Below are positions 7,498 to 18,368 of a stretch of 64,000 nt of DNA, one piece after another. A program made the translations under genes and the position numbers. Position 1 is the stretch's first letter. The number at the start of each line of letters is the position of its first letter. The stretch lies in the NCBI GenBank assembly GCA_019116685.1, contig DXBE01000021.1, positions 15,457 to 79,456 of the forward strand, read 5' to 3'. This DNA comes from Candidatus Prevotella avicola. Lineage in GTDB: Bacteria; Bacteroidota; Bacteroidia; Bacteroidales; Bacteroidaceae. The notes beneath the pieces are model-generated. The model saw only the letters and a program-made list of their open reading frames with translations. It was not told the origin of the DNA and ran no database searches.

Positions 7498-10400
7498 ATG
7501 GACATGAAACATGAAGAACATTACTTAAGAAGGATCAGCTCCGTCTTGGTTCTCCTTCTGGTGTCGTGCCTCACGGCGTTCGCCCAGGGCATCCAGATCA
7601 AGGGAACTATTGTCGATGAGCATGGAGAGACCATCATCGGTGCTTCTGTCGTAGTGAAAGGCAACGCATCCGTGGGTAGTATCTCCGACTTTGATGGCAA
7701 CTTCACCCTGGAGGTGCCAAGCGAGAACTCAGTGGTCGTCATATCTTATATAGGTATGAAGACCCAGGAGATCAAAGTGGGCAACAAGCGTACGTTCAAC
7801 ATTACGCTTGAGGAAGACCGCTCTGAACTCAATGAAGTGGTTGTGGTAGGTTACGGCCAGCAGAAGAAGGCCTCTATCGTGGGTGCCATCACCCAGACCA
7901 CCGGTGACGTACTTGAGCGTGCGGGTGGTGTGAACGATATTGGTGCTGCCTTGACGGGTAACCTCCCTGGTGTGGTAACGGTGGCCAGCTCTGGTATGCC
8001 TGGTGCGGAAGAACCGCAGATTACCATTCGTAGTGCCAGCTCTTGGAACAGCAGTAGCCCCTTGGTGCTGGTGGATGGTATCGAACGCCCCATGAGTTCC
8101 GTGGACATCAGCTCTGTGCAGAGTATCTCTGTATTGAAGGATGCGTCCGCTACGGCCGTCTATGGTGTGAAGGGTGCCAATGGTGTCATCCTGATTACCA
8201 CCAAACGAGGTGAGGTTGGTAAGGCGCAGATTGACGTGACCGTCAACATGACCGTGAAGGCTCCCTCCAAGCTGCCTAGCAAGTACGACTCTTACGATGC
8301 TTTGCGTTTACGCAACGTGGCCATCGAGCATGAGTTGGGTATCTCCCCGAGCTCTTGGGAAAACATTATGCCTATGGACATCATTTCCAAGTATCGTAAC
8401 CAAACTACTCTGGAGCAGCGTGAGCGTTATGCCAATGTGGATTGGCAGGATGTAATCTTCAAGGATTACGCCATGGCTTACAATGCCAACATCAACGTTT
8501 CTGGTGGTACGGAATTTGTACGTTACTTCGTTTCCGCTGACTATGTGAACGAGGGTGACTTGTATAACACTTGGGATACGGGTCGTGGTTATGAGTCTGG
8601 TTTCGGCTACAACCGCATCAACGTGCGTTCTAACTTGGACTTCTCCTTGACCAAGACCACTACCTTCAAGATGAATATCGCAGGTTCATCTGGAGTCCGT
8701 AAGACTCCTTGGAGTAATGTCGATGGCGACTGGTTCCAGGCACAGAACTGGGCTGGTGCTTATAACATCGCTCCTGATGTGTTCTTGCCTCGTTACTCCG
8801 ATGGTACATGGGGTTACTATCCCTCCCAGGCCAACGTAACCAACTCTGCTTTGAACATCGCTGTATCTGGTATTGGTGAGACTACCACTACGCGTATTAA
8901 TACTGACTTTACCTTGGAACAGGATTTGAGCTTTATCACCAAAGGGTTGAAGTTAAGCGGTATGATTTCTTGGGATAATGTCTTCCAGGAGACTAGCCGT
9001 GGTGTTAATGACTTGAACAATGAGGCACAGCAGAAGTGGATTAACCCCTTGACGGGTGAGACCACCTTTAAGAATTCAACTGATGGTACGTTTGGTTATG
9101 ACTTCGCCCAAAATGTTGCGTGGTCTACACAGCCTGGTTCCGTGAACAATGGTGCTACCCAGCGTCATTTGAACTATCAGGTACAATTATACTGGGGTCG
9201 CCAGTTTGGTCAGCACAATGTTAGTGCCATGGGTCTGTGGGCTCGTCAGGAGAATGCCACGGGTAGTGAGATTCCCCACTATCGTGAGGACTGGGTATTC
9301 CGTGCTACCTATGATTATGCGGGTAAGTACTTCTTCGAGTACAATGGTGCCTACAATGGTTCTGAGAAGTTCTCTGCCGACAATCGTTTCGCTTTCTTCC
9401 AGTCAGGTGCCCTCGGTTGGATGATTTCCGAGGAAAAGTGGATGAACTGGTCTAAGAAATTCTTGGACATGATGAAGTTCAGGATTTCCTATGGTGAAAT
9501 CGGTGATGACAACGTATGGCAACGCTGGATGTACGTGAACCAGTGGGCTTATGGTGGCAATACCATTATGGGATTGGATCGCCAGAACAGCCCCTATGCT
9601 TGGTATCGTGAGAGCGTTTTGGGTAACCCAGACGTGAAATGGGAAACCGTGAAGAAGTTCAACTTCGGTATCGACTACGCCTTCTTGGGCGGTATGTTTG
9701 CGGGTAGCTTGGATTTCTTCCATGATAAGCGTGTCGACATCTTGCTCGATGGCGGCTCTCAGTCCGTCCCCTTCTACCTTGGTATGACTGCTCCTACCGC
9801 TAACCTCGGTGAGGTAAAGACTAGCGGTTATGAGTTGGAGTTGCGCTTCAACAAGAGCATCACCAAGGATATGCGCGTTTGGGCCAACTTCAATATGACC
9901 CACGCCACCAATGAGGTGGTCTTCAAGGATGATCCTCCCCTCTATCCCGCCTACCAGAAGCAGGCCGGTTATCCCATGGGTCAGTTCCACTCTTATGTAG
10001 ACATGGGTTATATCCAGAACTACGATGAGCTGTATGGTAGCGTGAAGCACGACAACTCCGATAACCAGAAGCTGGTGGGCGACTACAACATCGTTGACTA
10101 CAATGGTGATGGTGTCATCGATACCGACGATTCCGTGCCTTACGGCTACTCCTCTACGCCAGAGAATACCTACAACGCAACGGTTGGTTTTGAATGGAAG
10201 GGCTTCAGCTGCTTCGTGCAGTTCTATGGCGTAACGAACGTGACCCGTGACGTTTGGCTGACCAACTTCGGCAGCAAGCTGGACAATGTTTACAAGCAGG
10301 GTAGTTGGTGGTCGAAGGACAATCCTACCGCGGATGTCACCACTTCCCGTTGGAACTCAACACCTTCCTATAACGACGCTACGCGTTACTACTATGATGG

Positions 10401-10623
10401 TAGTTACATCCGTTTGAAGAACGCCGAGATCGCCTATACCTTCAACAACGACTGGATCCACAATCTGGGTATCCGCCAGTTGAAGATCTACCTGAATGGT
10501 AACAACCTGTGGTCTTGGTCCAGGATGCCGGATGACCGTGAGTCCAACTTCAGTGGTGGCGGTAACCAGGGTGCCTATCCAACGATGAAGCGTTTCAATC
10601 TCGGACTTAAGATTACATTGTGA
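7498..10623 (+). CDS. SusC/RagA-family TonB-dependent outer-membrane transporter (XusA-like)
   Basis: 1041 aa. Signal peptide, CarbopepD_reg-like N-domain (IKGTIVDEHGETIIGASVVVKGN) and plug (VVVVGYGQQKKASIVGA...ITIRSASS). Large barrel ending FNLGLKITL. A SusD gene follows immediately. Confidence 0.95.
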   Translation: MDMKHEEHYLRRISSVLVLLLVSCLTAFAQGIQIKGTIVDEHGETIIGASVVVKGNASVGSISDFDGNFTLEVPSENSVVVISYIGMKTQEIKVGNKRTFNITLEEDRSELNEVVVVGYGQQKKASIVGAITQTTGDVLERAGGVNDIGAALTGNLPGVVTVASSGMPGAEEPQITIRSASSWNSSSPLVLVDGIERPMSSVDISSVQSISVLKDASATAVYGVKGANGVILITTKRGEVGKAQIDVTVNMTVKAPSKLPSKYDSYDALRLRNVAIEHELGISPSSWENIMPMDIISKYRNQTTLEQRERYANVDWQDVIFKDYAMAYNANINVSGGTEFVRYFVSADYVNEGDLYNTWDTGRGYESGFGYNRINVRSNLDFSLTKTTTFKMNIAGSSGVRKTPWSNVDGDWFQAQNWAGAYNIAPDVFLPRYSDGTWGYYPSQANVTNSALNIAVSGIGETTTTRINTDFTLEQDLSFITKGLKLSGMISWDNVFQETSRGVNDLNNEAQQKWINPLTGETTFKNSTDGTFGYDFAQNVAWSTQPGSVNNGATQRHLNYQVQLYWGRQFGQHNVSAMGLWARQENATGSEIPHYREDWVFRATYDYAGKYFFEYNGAYNGSEKFSADNRFAFFQSGALGWMISEEKWMNWSKKFLDMMKFRISYGEIGDDNVWQRWMYVNQWAYGGNTIMGLDRQNSPYAWYRESVLGNPDVKWETVKKFNFGIDYAFLGGMFAGSLDFFHDKRVDILLDGGSQSVPFYLGMTAPTANLGEVKTSGYELELRFNKSITKDMRVWANFNMTHATNEVVFKDDPPLYPAYQKQAGYPMGQFHSYVDMGYIQNYDELYGSVKHDNSDNQKLVGDYNIVDYNGDGVIDTDDSVPYGYSSTPENTYNATVGFEWKGFSCFVQFYGVTNVTRDVWLTNFGSKLDNVYKQGSWWSKDNPTADVTTSRWNSTPSYNDATRYYYDGSYIRLKNAEIAYTFNNDWIHNLGIRQLKIYLNGNNLWSWSRMPDDRESNFSGGGNQGAYPTMKRFNLGLKITL

Positions 10624-10654
10624 TTTTCATCGACGATAAAATCAAGGAAACGAC

Positions 10655-12613
10655 ATGAAAAAGATATATAATAAATTTATCATGGGTTGCATGATGGCAG
10701 GTGTCACGCTGTTCTCCGCCTCATGTACCGATTATTTGGACAAGTCGGCTGACTCGGATGTCTCCGCGGATGCTGCTTGGCAGAACTACACTAACTTCCA
10801 GGGTTTCGTGGAGGAGATTTACAACTGTATCCCCGACAAGGCGAACTGTAACTGGACGGTCTCTTTTAACTGGGGAGAGGACGAGATGCTGTCCACGAAC
10901 GCGAATGGTTACGTGGGTCCCCAGCTCGACTTGGGCAACTTCTGGGCTTGGCAAACCGCTGGCATGAACTGGTTCTACCAGAGCGGCAACAACTCTACCT
11001 CTACCGACCGTATGTCCCACTCCATTTGGGGGCATGCCTGGTATTGCATTCGTAAGGCTAACATGGGCATCGCCAATATCGACAAGATGGTGAATGCCAC
11101 GCAAGAACAGAAAAACCTTATTTTGGGTCAGCTTTACTTCTTCCGTGCTTGGTGGCACTTCGAGTGCATGATGTACCTCGGGGGGCTGCCTTACGTCTCC
11201 TCCGTATTGGATGGCACAGACGTGCCTCACCTGCCTCGCCTCTCTTTCCAGGAGTGCGCCGATAAGTGCGCGGAGGATTTCCGTCGTGCCGCAGACCTCC
11301 TGCCGATTGATTGGGATGATACTTCCACGGGTCAAAGCACTTCAGGCCATAACGACAGGCGTATCAACAAGATCATGGCCTTGGGTTACCTGGGTAAGGT
11401 GTATCTCTGGTCTGCAAGTCCCTTGATGGAGCGTGGAGCCATGATAGGTGCCGGTGACTTGACCTATGAATACAATATTGATCGTTGCAAAAAGGCTGCT
11501 GACGCTCTTGGAAAGTTGCTGGAGTTGGTGGAGACAGGCCAGACGCAATACGCTTTGGCTACGTTTGACTACAAGGACATCTATAACCACGAGACCGTGG
11601 GTGACAAGAATAGCAGCTATAGTGGTATCTTCAACACCCAGAATCAGAGTTTCCATATTCCTGGTGGTACGGAGACCATTTTCCATGGTGGTATCGGTAG
11701 CCAGCCGGAGGCTGCTATTTGGCGATATGGCCCGTCTTGGGGTCCTATCAACTTGTGCGAAGGTGATATTTGTCACAGTCCAACGGCTAATTATATCAAT
11801 TATGCTTATGGTATGGCCAATGGTCTGCCTATTGATGATCCAGAATCAGGTTTCGACCCCACCCATCCTTTCAAGGATCGTGACCCCCGTTTCTATCATG
11901 ACATAGTGTTCGATGGCATTAGGTATATCACCTCAGCCTTTTCCGCCGAAGAGGCTCCCGTTTATGAGGCCTATCGCTACGCCAACTTCGCCGAGAATGT
12001 CACCGAAGGTAGCTATATGATGGATAACTCAGGCTCCCGCACGGGTTACCTCACCCAGAAGCTGGCCAGCAAGAACCATAACAAGTGGGATGGCGGTCGC
12101 GATTGGGGTAATGGCACGGCTTGCGAGGTTCCCTATATGCGTTTGGCTGATATTTACTTGATGTACGCTGAGGCTTGCGCTGCCATCGATGGTGCCGATG
12201 GTGCCAGCGAGACTTATCCTTCCTTGACCGCGGAGAAGGCCATTAACACCTTGCGTGACCGCGTGCGCGCTGGGCATGTCAACTACACGGACAACAAGAA
12301 CAAGTTCATGGACGAGGTGCGTCGCGAGCGGGCTTGCGAGTTGGCCTTCGAGGGTCACCGCTTCTGCGACCTGCAGCGTTGGTTGCTCTTGACCGAGTAT
12401 CCTTACAACATCAAGACCAAGCAGGTGTTCAACCGCGTCGAGAATCTCGACTGGTACAAGAATCCTGAGAATGATCCCAGGGACGCTGCGGTAAGTAACT
12501 GGGGTGAGGAGGTAATCGTCAACCGCAAATACACGGTGCGTAACTATTGGTTCCCGTTCTTCAAGAAGGACGTGTCCATCTATGAGGGCTTCACCCAGAA
12601 CCCCGGATGGTAA
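10655..12613 (+). CDS. SusD/RagB-family outer-membrane glycan-binding lipoprotein (XusB-like)
   Basis: 652 aa. Lipoprotein signal (TLFSASC). SusD-like motifs RAWWHFECMMYLGGLPY and RRERACELAFEGHRFCDLQRW. Confidence 0.95.
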   Translation: MKKIYNKFIMGCMMAGVTLFSASCTDYLDKSADSDVSADAAWQNYTNFQGFVEEIYNCIPDKANCNWTVSFNWGEDEMLSTNANGYVGPQLDLGNFWAWQTAGMNWFYQSGNNSTSTDRMSHSIWGHAWYCIRKANMGIANIDKMVNATQEQKNLILGQLYFFRAWWHFECMMYLGGLPYVSSVLDGTDVPHLPRLSFQECADKCAEDFRRAADLLPIDWDDTSTGQSTSGHNDRRINKIMALGYLGKVYLWSASPLMERGAMIGAGDLTYEYNIDRCKKAADALGKLLELVETGQTQYALATFDYKDIYNHETVGDKNSSYSGIFNTQNQSFHIPGGTETIFHGGIGSQPEAAIWRYGPSWGPINLCEGDICHSPTANYINYAYGMANGLPIDDPESGFDPTHPFKDRDPRFYHDIVFDGIRYITSAFSAEEAPVYEAYRYANFAENVTEGSYMMDNSGSRTGYLTQKLASKNHNKWDGGRDWGNGTACEVPYMRLADIYLMYAEACAAIDGADGASETYPSLTAEKAINTLRDRVRAGHVNYTDNKNKFMDEVRRERACELAFEGHRFCDLQRWLLLTEYPYNIKTKQVFNRVENLDWYKNPENDPRDAAVSNWGEEVIVNRKYTVRNYWFPFFKKDVSIYEGFTQNPGW

Positions 12614-12657
12614 TGTGCGCCTTAAATGAATCAATACCATAATTAATATAAAAGACA

Positions 12658-15480
12658 ATGAGTATGAATAAACATATCAAGATATTCTTTGGAGCCATGT
12701 TGGCTTGCTCGCCTTGCGTGATGGCACATGCGCAGGCGGAGAATGACTCGGTGGAATCCGAGAAAGTTCCCGTGGCTTTCAAGAACATCGACAAAGAAGA
12801 CTTGCTCGGTGGTGTAAGTGTCTTGGACTATGAGGAATTGACCAAGAAAAACTTCAACACCTATAGCTTGGACAACATGCAAGCTTACATCAATGGTTTC
12901 AATGGCAATTCGCCTTGGGCTTCTGGCTCATACTTGGTCTTGGTGGACGGTGTGCCCCGTGAAGCTTCGACCGTATTGCCTACGGATATTGATAAGATTA
13001 CGTTCCTGAAGTCTGGAGCCGCTGTAGCCCTTTATGGTAGTACCGCTGCCAAGGGTGCCATCCTGATTACCACCAAGAAGGGTAAGGAAGGCCCCTTGCG
13101 CATCAATGGCCGTGTGAACTATGGTGTCAACACCGCTAAGCGTTACCCCAAGTATTTGGGCTCTGCTGAATATATGACCCTCTACAATGAGGCACGTGTC
13201 AACGATGGCTTGGATCCGCTGTATAGTGCGCAGGACATCTATAACTATGGTTCTGGCTTGAATCCCTATCGCTATCCGAACGTGGATTTCTATTCCAGCG
13301 ACTATATCAAGAAGGCCTATTCGGGTGTAAACGCTAACGTGGATATTACAGGCGGCGGCAAGAACGCACGCTTCTACGCCAACATCAATTACTATCGCAA
13401 CAGTGATGTCTTCAAGTTCGGAGAGGGCAAGAAGAACTATACAGACCAGCTCTCCTTCCGTGGTAACGTGGATCTGGACATCAATGATTGGATTTCCGCT
13501 TACGTGCATTCTCAGGTTACTTTCTATAGCGGAAAGGGAACTATGGGTGCTGACTATTGGGGAACGGCCGCTACGCTCCGTCCTAACCGTGTGGCTCCGC
13601 TCATCCCCATCAGTTACGTGGCTCAAAACGCTACGGGTGCACAGGCCTTGTTGGCTGCTTCTGCCAATATTATTGATGGCAAGTATTTCCTCGCTGGTAC
13701 ACAGCTGGATCAGACCAATGCCTTCGCTGATTTCTACGCCGCTGGCAAGAATACCTATACGGCTCGTCAGTTCCAGTTTGACGTGGGCTTGAACATGAAT
13801 CTGGATAGGTTTGTGAAAGGCTTGTCGTTCCAAGCACAGTTTGCGGTGGATTACGCTACATCCTATAACACCAATTACAGCAATACTTACGCCACCTTTG
13901 AGCCTACCTGGGCAAACTACAATGGCCAGGAGGTCATCACGGGTTTGAAGCAGTACAATAACGATAAGCATTCCGGTGTACAGAATGTTGCAAACAGTGC
14001 CAGCAAGCAGACCATCCTCTTCAATGCGCAGTTCAATTACCAGACTAAGATTGCCGACCTGCACAACATCAGTGCCATGGTGATAGCCAATGGTTATCAG
14101 GTGAAGACAGCCGGTACTTATCATAAGGCTAGCAATGTGAACCTGGGAATCGAGGCCGCTTACAACTATGCGCATCGTTACTATGCTCAGTTCGATGGGG
14201 CTGTGGTTCACTCCGCCAAATTGGCTCCTGGTCATCGTACCGCCTTCTCTCCCTCCCTTACTTTGGGTTGGAAGATGAAGCAAGAGCCTTGGTTGCGTGA
14301 CGTTGACGCGATTGACGAGCTGACTATCAGCGCATCCGTGAGCGAGTTGAATACCGATGTCGACATTACTGACTATTATATGTACTCTCCTAGCTACACG
14401 GCTACCGGCCCGTGGTGGGGTTGGGCTGATGGTATATCCGTGCAGGCAACCGAGAGCTTGCGTGGTGGTAACACAGACTTGACCTTCGTAAAGCGCAAAG
14501 AAGTGTCTGCTTCGGTACATGCTTCTTTCTTTGATCACTTGTTGGAGGTGGATGCCTCTTACTGGTACAACATCATGGATGGTGGCATCATCGAACCAAA
14601 AACTGTATATCCTAACTATCTCAGCTACAAGGTAGAGGGTTGGATTCAATCTTCATTCATTCCTTACATCAACTACAACAAGGATCGTCGCACGGGATTT
14701 GATTTGGGCTTGAAGGTGAACAAGACTTTTGGCGAGGTTGATTTGTCACTCGGCGCCAACATGACTTATTATACCACCAAGGCCACACGGCGTGACGAGA
14801 AGAATGCTGACGCTTACCAGAACCTTACAGGCAAGCCTTTGGATGGCCTGTGGGGCCTCATTACCGATGGCTTCTACAAGGACGACGCAGATATCGAGAG
14901 CTCTCCCACGCCTCAGTTTGGCGAGGTGAAGCCTGGTGACTTGAAGTATGTTGACCAGAATAACGATGGCGTCATTGACACCAAGGATGAGGTTTACCTG
15001 GGCAAGGGTGGCTGGTATGGCTCTCCCTATACCTTGGGTATCAACTTCACTGCCAAGTGGAAGGGCTTTACGTTCTTCGCCCTCGCTACAGGTGGGTTTG
15101 GAGCAAAGGCTTTCAAGAACAGCTCTTACTACTGGGTATCTGGTGACGGCAAGTATTCAGAGATTGTACGCGGACGCTGGACCAAGGAAACCGCTGACAC
15201 GGCAACCTATCCCCGTCTGACTACGCAGTCTGGTAACCATAACTTCCGTAACTCTGACTTCTGGCTCTACAGTACCGACCGCTTCGACCTGGCCAAGATC
15301 CAGATTACCTACGACCTGCCCAGCTCGCTCTTCAAGAACACGGTAGTGCGCGGTCTTCAGGTATATGTAAGCGGCAACAGCCTGCTGACCTTCTCTGGTG
15401 AGAGGGAGTTGATGGAGATGAACATTGGTTCCGCTCCTCAGTACCGCAACTTTAACCTGGGTGTATATGTAAACTTATAA
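12658..15480 (+). CDS. Second SusC/RagA-family TonB-dependent transporter (XusC-like), lacking the CarbopepD_reg N-domain
   Basis: 940 aa. Signal peptide and plug (ITFLKSGAAVALYGSTAAKGAILITTKKG). Barrel ends NFNLGVYVNL. Paired with the downstream SusD. Confidence 0.9.
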   Translation: MSMNKHIKIFFGAMLACSPCVMAHAQAENDSVESEKVPVAFKNIDKEDLLGGVSVLDYEELTKKNFNTYSLDNMQAYINGFNGNSPWASGSYLVLVDGVPREASTVLPTDIDKITFLKSGAAVALYGSTAAKGAILITTKKGKEGPLRINGRVNYGVNTAKRYPKYLGSAEYMTLYNEARVNDGLDPLYSAQDIYNYGSGLNPYRYPNVDFYSSDYIKKAYSGVNANVDITGGGKNARFYANINYYRNSDVFKFGEGKKNYTDQLSFRGNVDLDINDWISAYVHSQVTFYSGKGTMGADYWGTAATLRPNRVAPLIPISYVAQNATGAQALLAASANIIDGKYFLAGTQLDQTNAFADFYAAGKNTYTARQFQFDVGLNMNLDRFVKGLSFQAQFAVDYATSYNTNYSNTYATFEPTWANYNGQEVITGLKQYNNDKHSGVQNVANSASKQTILFNAQFNYQTKIADLHNISAMVIANGYQVKTAGTYHKASNVNLGIEAAYNYAHRYYAQFDGAVVHSAKLAPGHRTAFSPSLTLGWKMKQEPWLRDVDAIDELTISASVSELNTDVDITDYYMYSPSYTATGPWWGWADGISVQATESLRGGNTDLTFVKRKEVSASVHASFFDHLLEVDASYWYNIMDGGIIEPKTVYPNYLSYKVEGWIQSSFIPYINYNKDRRTGFDLGLKVNKTFGEVDLSLGANMTYYTTKATRRDEKNADAYQNLTGKPLDGLWGLITDGFYKDDADIESSPTPQFGEVKPGDLKYVDQNNDGVIDTKDEVYLGKGGWYGSPYTLGINFTAKWKGFTFFALATGGFGAKAFKNSSYYWVSGDGKYSEIVRGRWTKETADTATYPRLTTQSGNHNFRNSDFWLYSTDRFDLAKIQITYDLPSSLFKNTVVRGLQVYVSGNSLLTFSGERELMEMNIGSAPQYRNFNLGVYVNL

Positions 15481-15493
15481 ATCGGATATTGAA

Positions 15494-17311
15494 ATGAAAA
15501 AGTTCATTATATTATTAGCGTTCCTCCCTTTCTTCACGGCGTGTGACGACCTGTTCACCCCTGCCAAGGAGAACATTCAGGGCCTCGAAGGGAATGAGGA
15601 ATGGCCCAAATATGTAGATGGCATATTGGCGCACGCCTATGTCTTGCTAGGCTTCTCAGATGGTCCTGTTTCCGATATGGCCACCGACGACTGCGTGACC
15701 AACGAAAACTCCAGCTCCTGGTTGCGTATGGCCACGGGTTCCTGGACTTCTAATGACGACCCCACTTCGCAGTGGCAGACTTGTCGCCACACCATTATGT
15801 ATATCAACAACTTCCTCTCCGTGGTGGACAATACGGTGTGGTCAGCAGATGAAGTGATCAATGAAGGGTTCAAGATGCGCCTGAAGGGCGAGGCCTATGG
15901 TCTCCGTGCGCTCAATATGTTCAACCTCTTGCGGGCTCATGGCGGATGGGCTGATGACGGCCAGCTCTATGGTGTGCCTATCATTACTACTCCCGAGGAT
16001 GCAGGCTCGGATTTCAACGTGCCCCGTGACACTTTCGAGGACTGCATGGACTCCTTGATAGCCGATTGCAATCGTGCCATCGAGTACTTGCCTCAGGATT
16101 ACGTGAACTTAGGCCAGGGTGGAACAATCCCAGCCAAGTATACCGCCATCGGTTTCTCCAACATCGATGATTACAACCGTGTCTTCGGACAGAAGTTCGG
16201 TGGACGTTTGAGTGGTCGTGTCGCTGAGTGCATTCGTGCCATGGCCGTCTTGATGGCAGCCAGCCCTGCCTTCAGCGCAGGCTCTGGTTACGATTGGGAG
16301 GATGCTGCTGAGTATGCTGCAGTAGTGATTGATCATATGCCTAAAGACGCTGATGGTGTGGATGCTCTTGGTGTTGATCAGGATGGTTATACTTGGTATT
16401 GCAACACTGCCGAGATCAATGCCTTGCAGGCTGGTGTCAATCCTCCTGAGGTCATCTGGCGTGGTGGGGCCAACAACAACGAATCGTCGCTGGCGACCAA
16501 CAACTACCCTCCCACGCTTTATGGTAATGGACGCGCTAACCCCACGCAGAACTTGGTGGATGCGTTCCCTATGGCTAACGGCTTTCCTATCACTGATAGT
16601 CGCAGTAATTATGACCCCAATGATCCCTACACGGGACGTGACCCTCGCCTCACTACTTACATTCTTGTGAATGGTGGCACAGCGGGTCCCTCCAACTCGG
16701 TAATCATCACGGGTAACTATGGTACGACGACCAACGACCAGCTCAACCGCGAGAATGGTCGCTCCACTCGTACGGGCTACTACATGAAGAAGCACCTGCG
16801 TCAGGATGTCAACCTCGATCCCAACAGTACCACGGGGCAGAAGCACTACAATGCCTATATCCGTGCCACGGAAATGTTCTTGGACTATGCCGAGGCCGCC
16901 AATGAGGCTTATGATAATCCTAGGGTGACTGGCTCCCATGGCTACAGTGCCTACGACATCATCAAGGCACTCCGCAAGCGTGCCGGTGTAGGTGGTGAGA
17001 ACGATCCCTATCTGGAAGAAGTGGCCAACAATGGAAAGGATGCCATGCGTGAGTTGATTCGCAATGAGCGTCGCCTGGAACTCTGCTTCGAGAACAAGCG
17101 CTTCTACGACTTGCGTCGTTGGCAAGTGCCCTTGACGCAGTTGAATGAGACCGCAACGGGTATGCAGATTACGGAGCGCTCCGATGGTAGCCTCGTCTAC
17201 GAGCGCATTACGGTGGAGAACCGCGCTTTCAAGGACTATATGTACTGGGGTCCTGTTCCCTACAGTGAGTGCTTGAAGTTCTCTAACTTGCAGCAGAACA
17301 AGGGCTGGTAA
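15494..17311 (+). CDS. Second SusD/RagB-family lipoprotein (XusD-like)
   Basis: 605 aa. Lipoprotein signal (PFFTAC). SusD-like C-terminal motif IRNERRLELCFENKRFYDLRRW. Confidence 0.95.
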   Translation: MKKFIILLAFLPFFTACDDLFTPAKENIQGLEGNEEWPKYVDGILAHAYVLLGFSDGPVSDMATDDCVTNENSSSWLRMATGSWTSNDDPTSQWQTCRHTIMYINNFLSVVDNTVWSADEVINEGFKMRLKGEAYGLRALNMFNLLRAHGGWADDGQLYGVPIITTPEDAGSDFNVPRDTFEDCMDSLIADCNRAIEYLPQDYVNLGQGGTIPAKYTAIGFSNIDDYNRVFGQKFGGRLSGRVAECIRAMAVLMAASPAFSAGSGYDWEDAAEYAAVVIDHMPKDADGVDALGVDQDGYTWYCNTAEINALQAGVNPPEVIWRGGANNNESSLATNNYPPTLYGNGRANPTQNLVDAFPMANGFPITDSRSNYDPNDPYTGRDPRLTTYILVNGGTAGPSNSVIITGNYGTTTNDQLNRENGRSTRTGYYMKKHLRQDVNLDPNSTTGQKHYNAYIRATEMFLDYAEAANEAYDNPRVTGSHGYSAYDIIKALRKRAGVGGENDPYLEEVANNGKDAMRELIRNERRLELCFENKRFYDLRRWQVPLTQLNETATGMQITERSDGSLVYERITVENRAFKDYMYWGPVPYSECLKFSNLQQNKGW

Positions 17312-17343
17312 TCATGTAATTGGAATTTATGAAATAGACAAAA

Positions 17344-18366
17344 ATGACAGACATGAGAAAGATACTATCTTTATTAGCAGTGGGAGTAGCCGCTATGGCC
17401 ATGGTGTCTTGCGAAAATCAGGATACCGACTTCCCCGACTTTGACTACCAAACGGGTTACTTCGCTTATCAGACCCCTATCCGTACCTTGGTGCTGGGTA
17501 ATGATGAGCGTACGAACAACTCGATAGACAATGAGCACAAGGTTCGTATTTATGCTGTTGCGGGAGGTACCCGCAACGGCATAAAGGCCACGCTGGGCTT
17601 TGTGGTGGATGAGAACCTGTGTAACAATCTCGAATTCAGCGATGGCACACCCGTGTTACCCATGCCTTCGGACTGGTATACAATACAGGGAGACCAAATT
17701 CCTATCAATGGCCTGAATGGCTATGTAGAAGTGCAACTGAACGATGCGTTCTTCAATGACCCCAAGGCCATCACCAATACCTATGTCATTCCTTTGCGTT
17801 TGACAGATGAGTATGCTGGTGTGGACTCCATCTTACGCGGTGAACCCCGTGTGGGTGTGGACAATCCTTGGCGTCTGCAAGCCACTGATTGGCGTGTTCC
17901 TCCCCAGGATTATGTGCTCTACCTCGTGAAGTTCATCTCTCCGTGGTCTGGCAACTACTTGCGCCGTGGCATAGATAAGATCACTGAGAATGGTACTACT
18001 ACGACCAACGTGCGTCATGAGCAGTATATTGAGTACGATGAGGTATTCAATTTGGCTACGATCGAGCTGAACAAAGTCAGCTACAAGTTCGATGACAACT
18101 GTAATCTTTTGTTGACCTTCAATGAAGAGACTAAGGAGTGTACGCTCAGCACAGACAATAATGCCTATACCGTAACAGGTACGGGTAAGTTTGTGGAGAA
18201 GGTTCCCGAAGAGGTTTGGAGCGAGAAGCCTCGTGACGTGATTTATCTCGACTATACCGTGACTACCGCAGGCAAGACCGTAGCTACTAAAGATACTTTG
18301 GTGGCTCGTGATCGCGCAGTGAGTGGTACGGCAGAGGAATTCTCTTACATTTATAATGCACAATAG
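17344..18366 (+). CDS. XusE-like surface lipoprotein (putative surface glycan-binding protein)
   Basis: 340 aa. Lipoprotein signal (AMAMVSC). It occupies the slot between the second SusD and the GH10 gene that holds xusE/SGBP genes in xus-type xylan PULs. No catalytic motif recognised. Confidence 0.6.
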   Translation: MTDMRKILSLLAVGVAAMAMVSCENQDTDFPDFDYQTGYFAYQTPIRTLVLGNDERTNNSIDNEHKVRIYAVAGGTRNGIKATLGFVVDENLCNNLEFSDGTPVLPMPSDWYTIQGDQIPINGLNGYVEVQLNDAFFNDPKAITNTYVIPLRLTDEYAGVDSILRGEPRVGVDNPWRLQATDWRVPPQDYVLYLVKFISPWSGNYLRRGIDKITENGTTTTNVRHEQYIEYDEVFNLATIELNKVSYKFDDNCNLLLTFNEETKECTLSTDNNAYTVTGTGKFVEKVPEEVWSEKPRDVIYLDYTVTTAGKTVATKDTLVARDRAVSGTAEEFSYIYNAQ

Positions 18367-18368
18367 TT

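Noticed and set aside
12928-14649. 573-aa minus-strand ORF antisense to the second SusC gene
   Set aside because: It is a shadow ORF with no motifs. Similar antisense ORFs are at 6249-7259, 9403-10050, 16109-17125, 23552-24700, 25547-26305, 28787-29317, 31029-31847, 34745-35617, 46322-47173 and 57489-58451.
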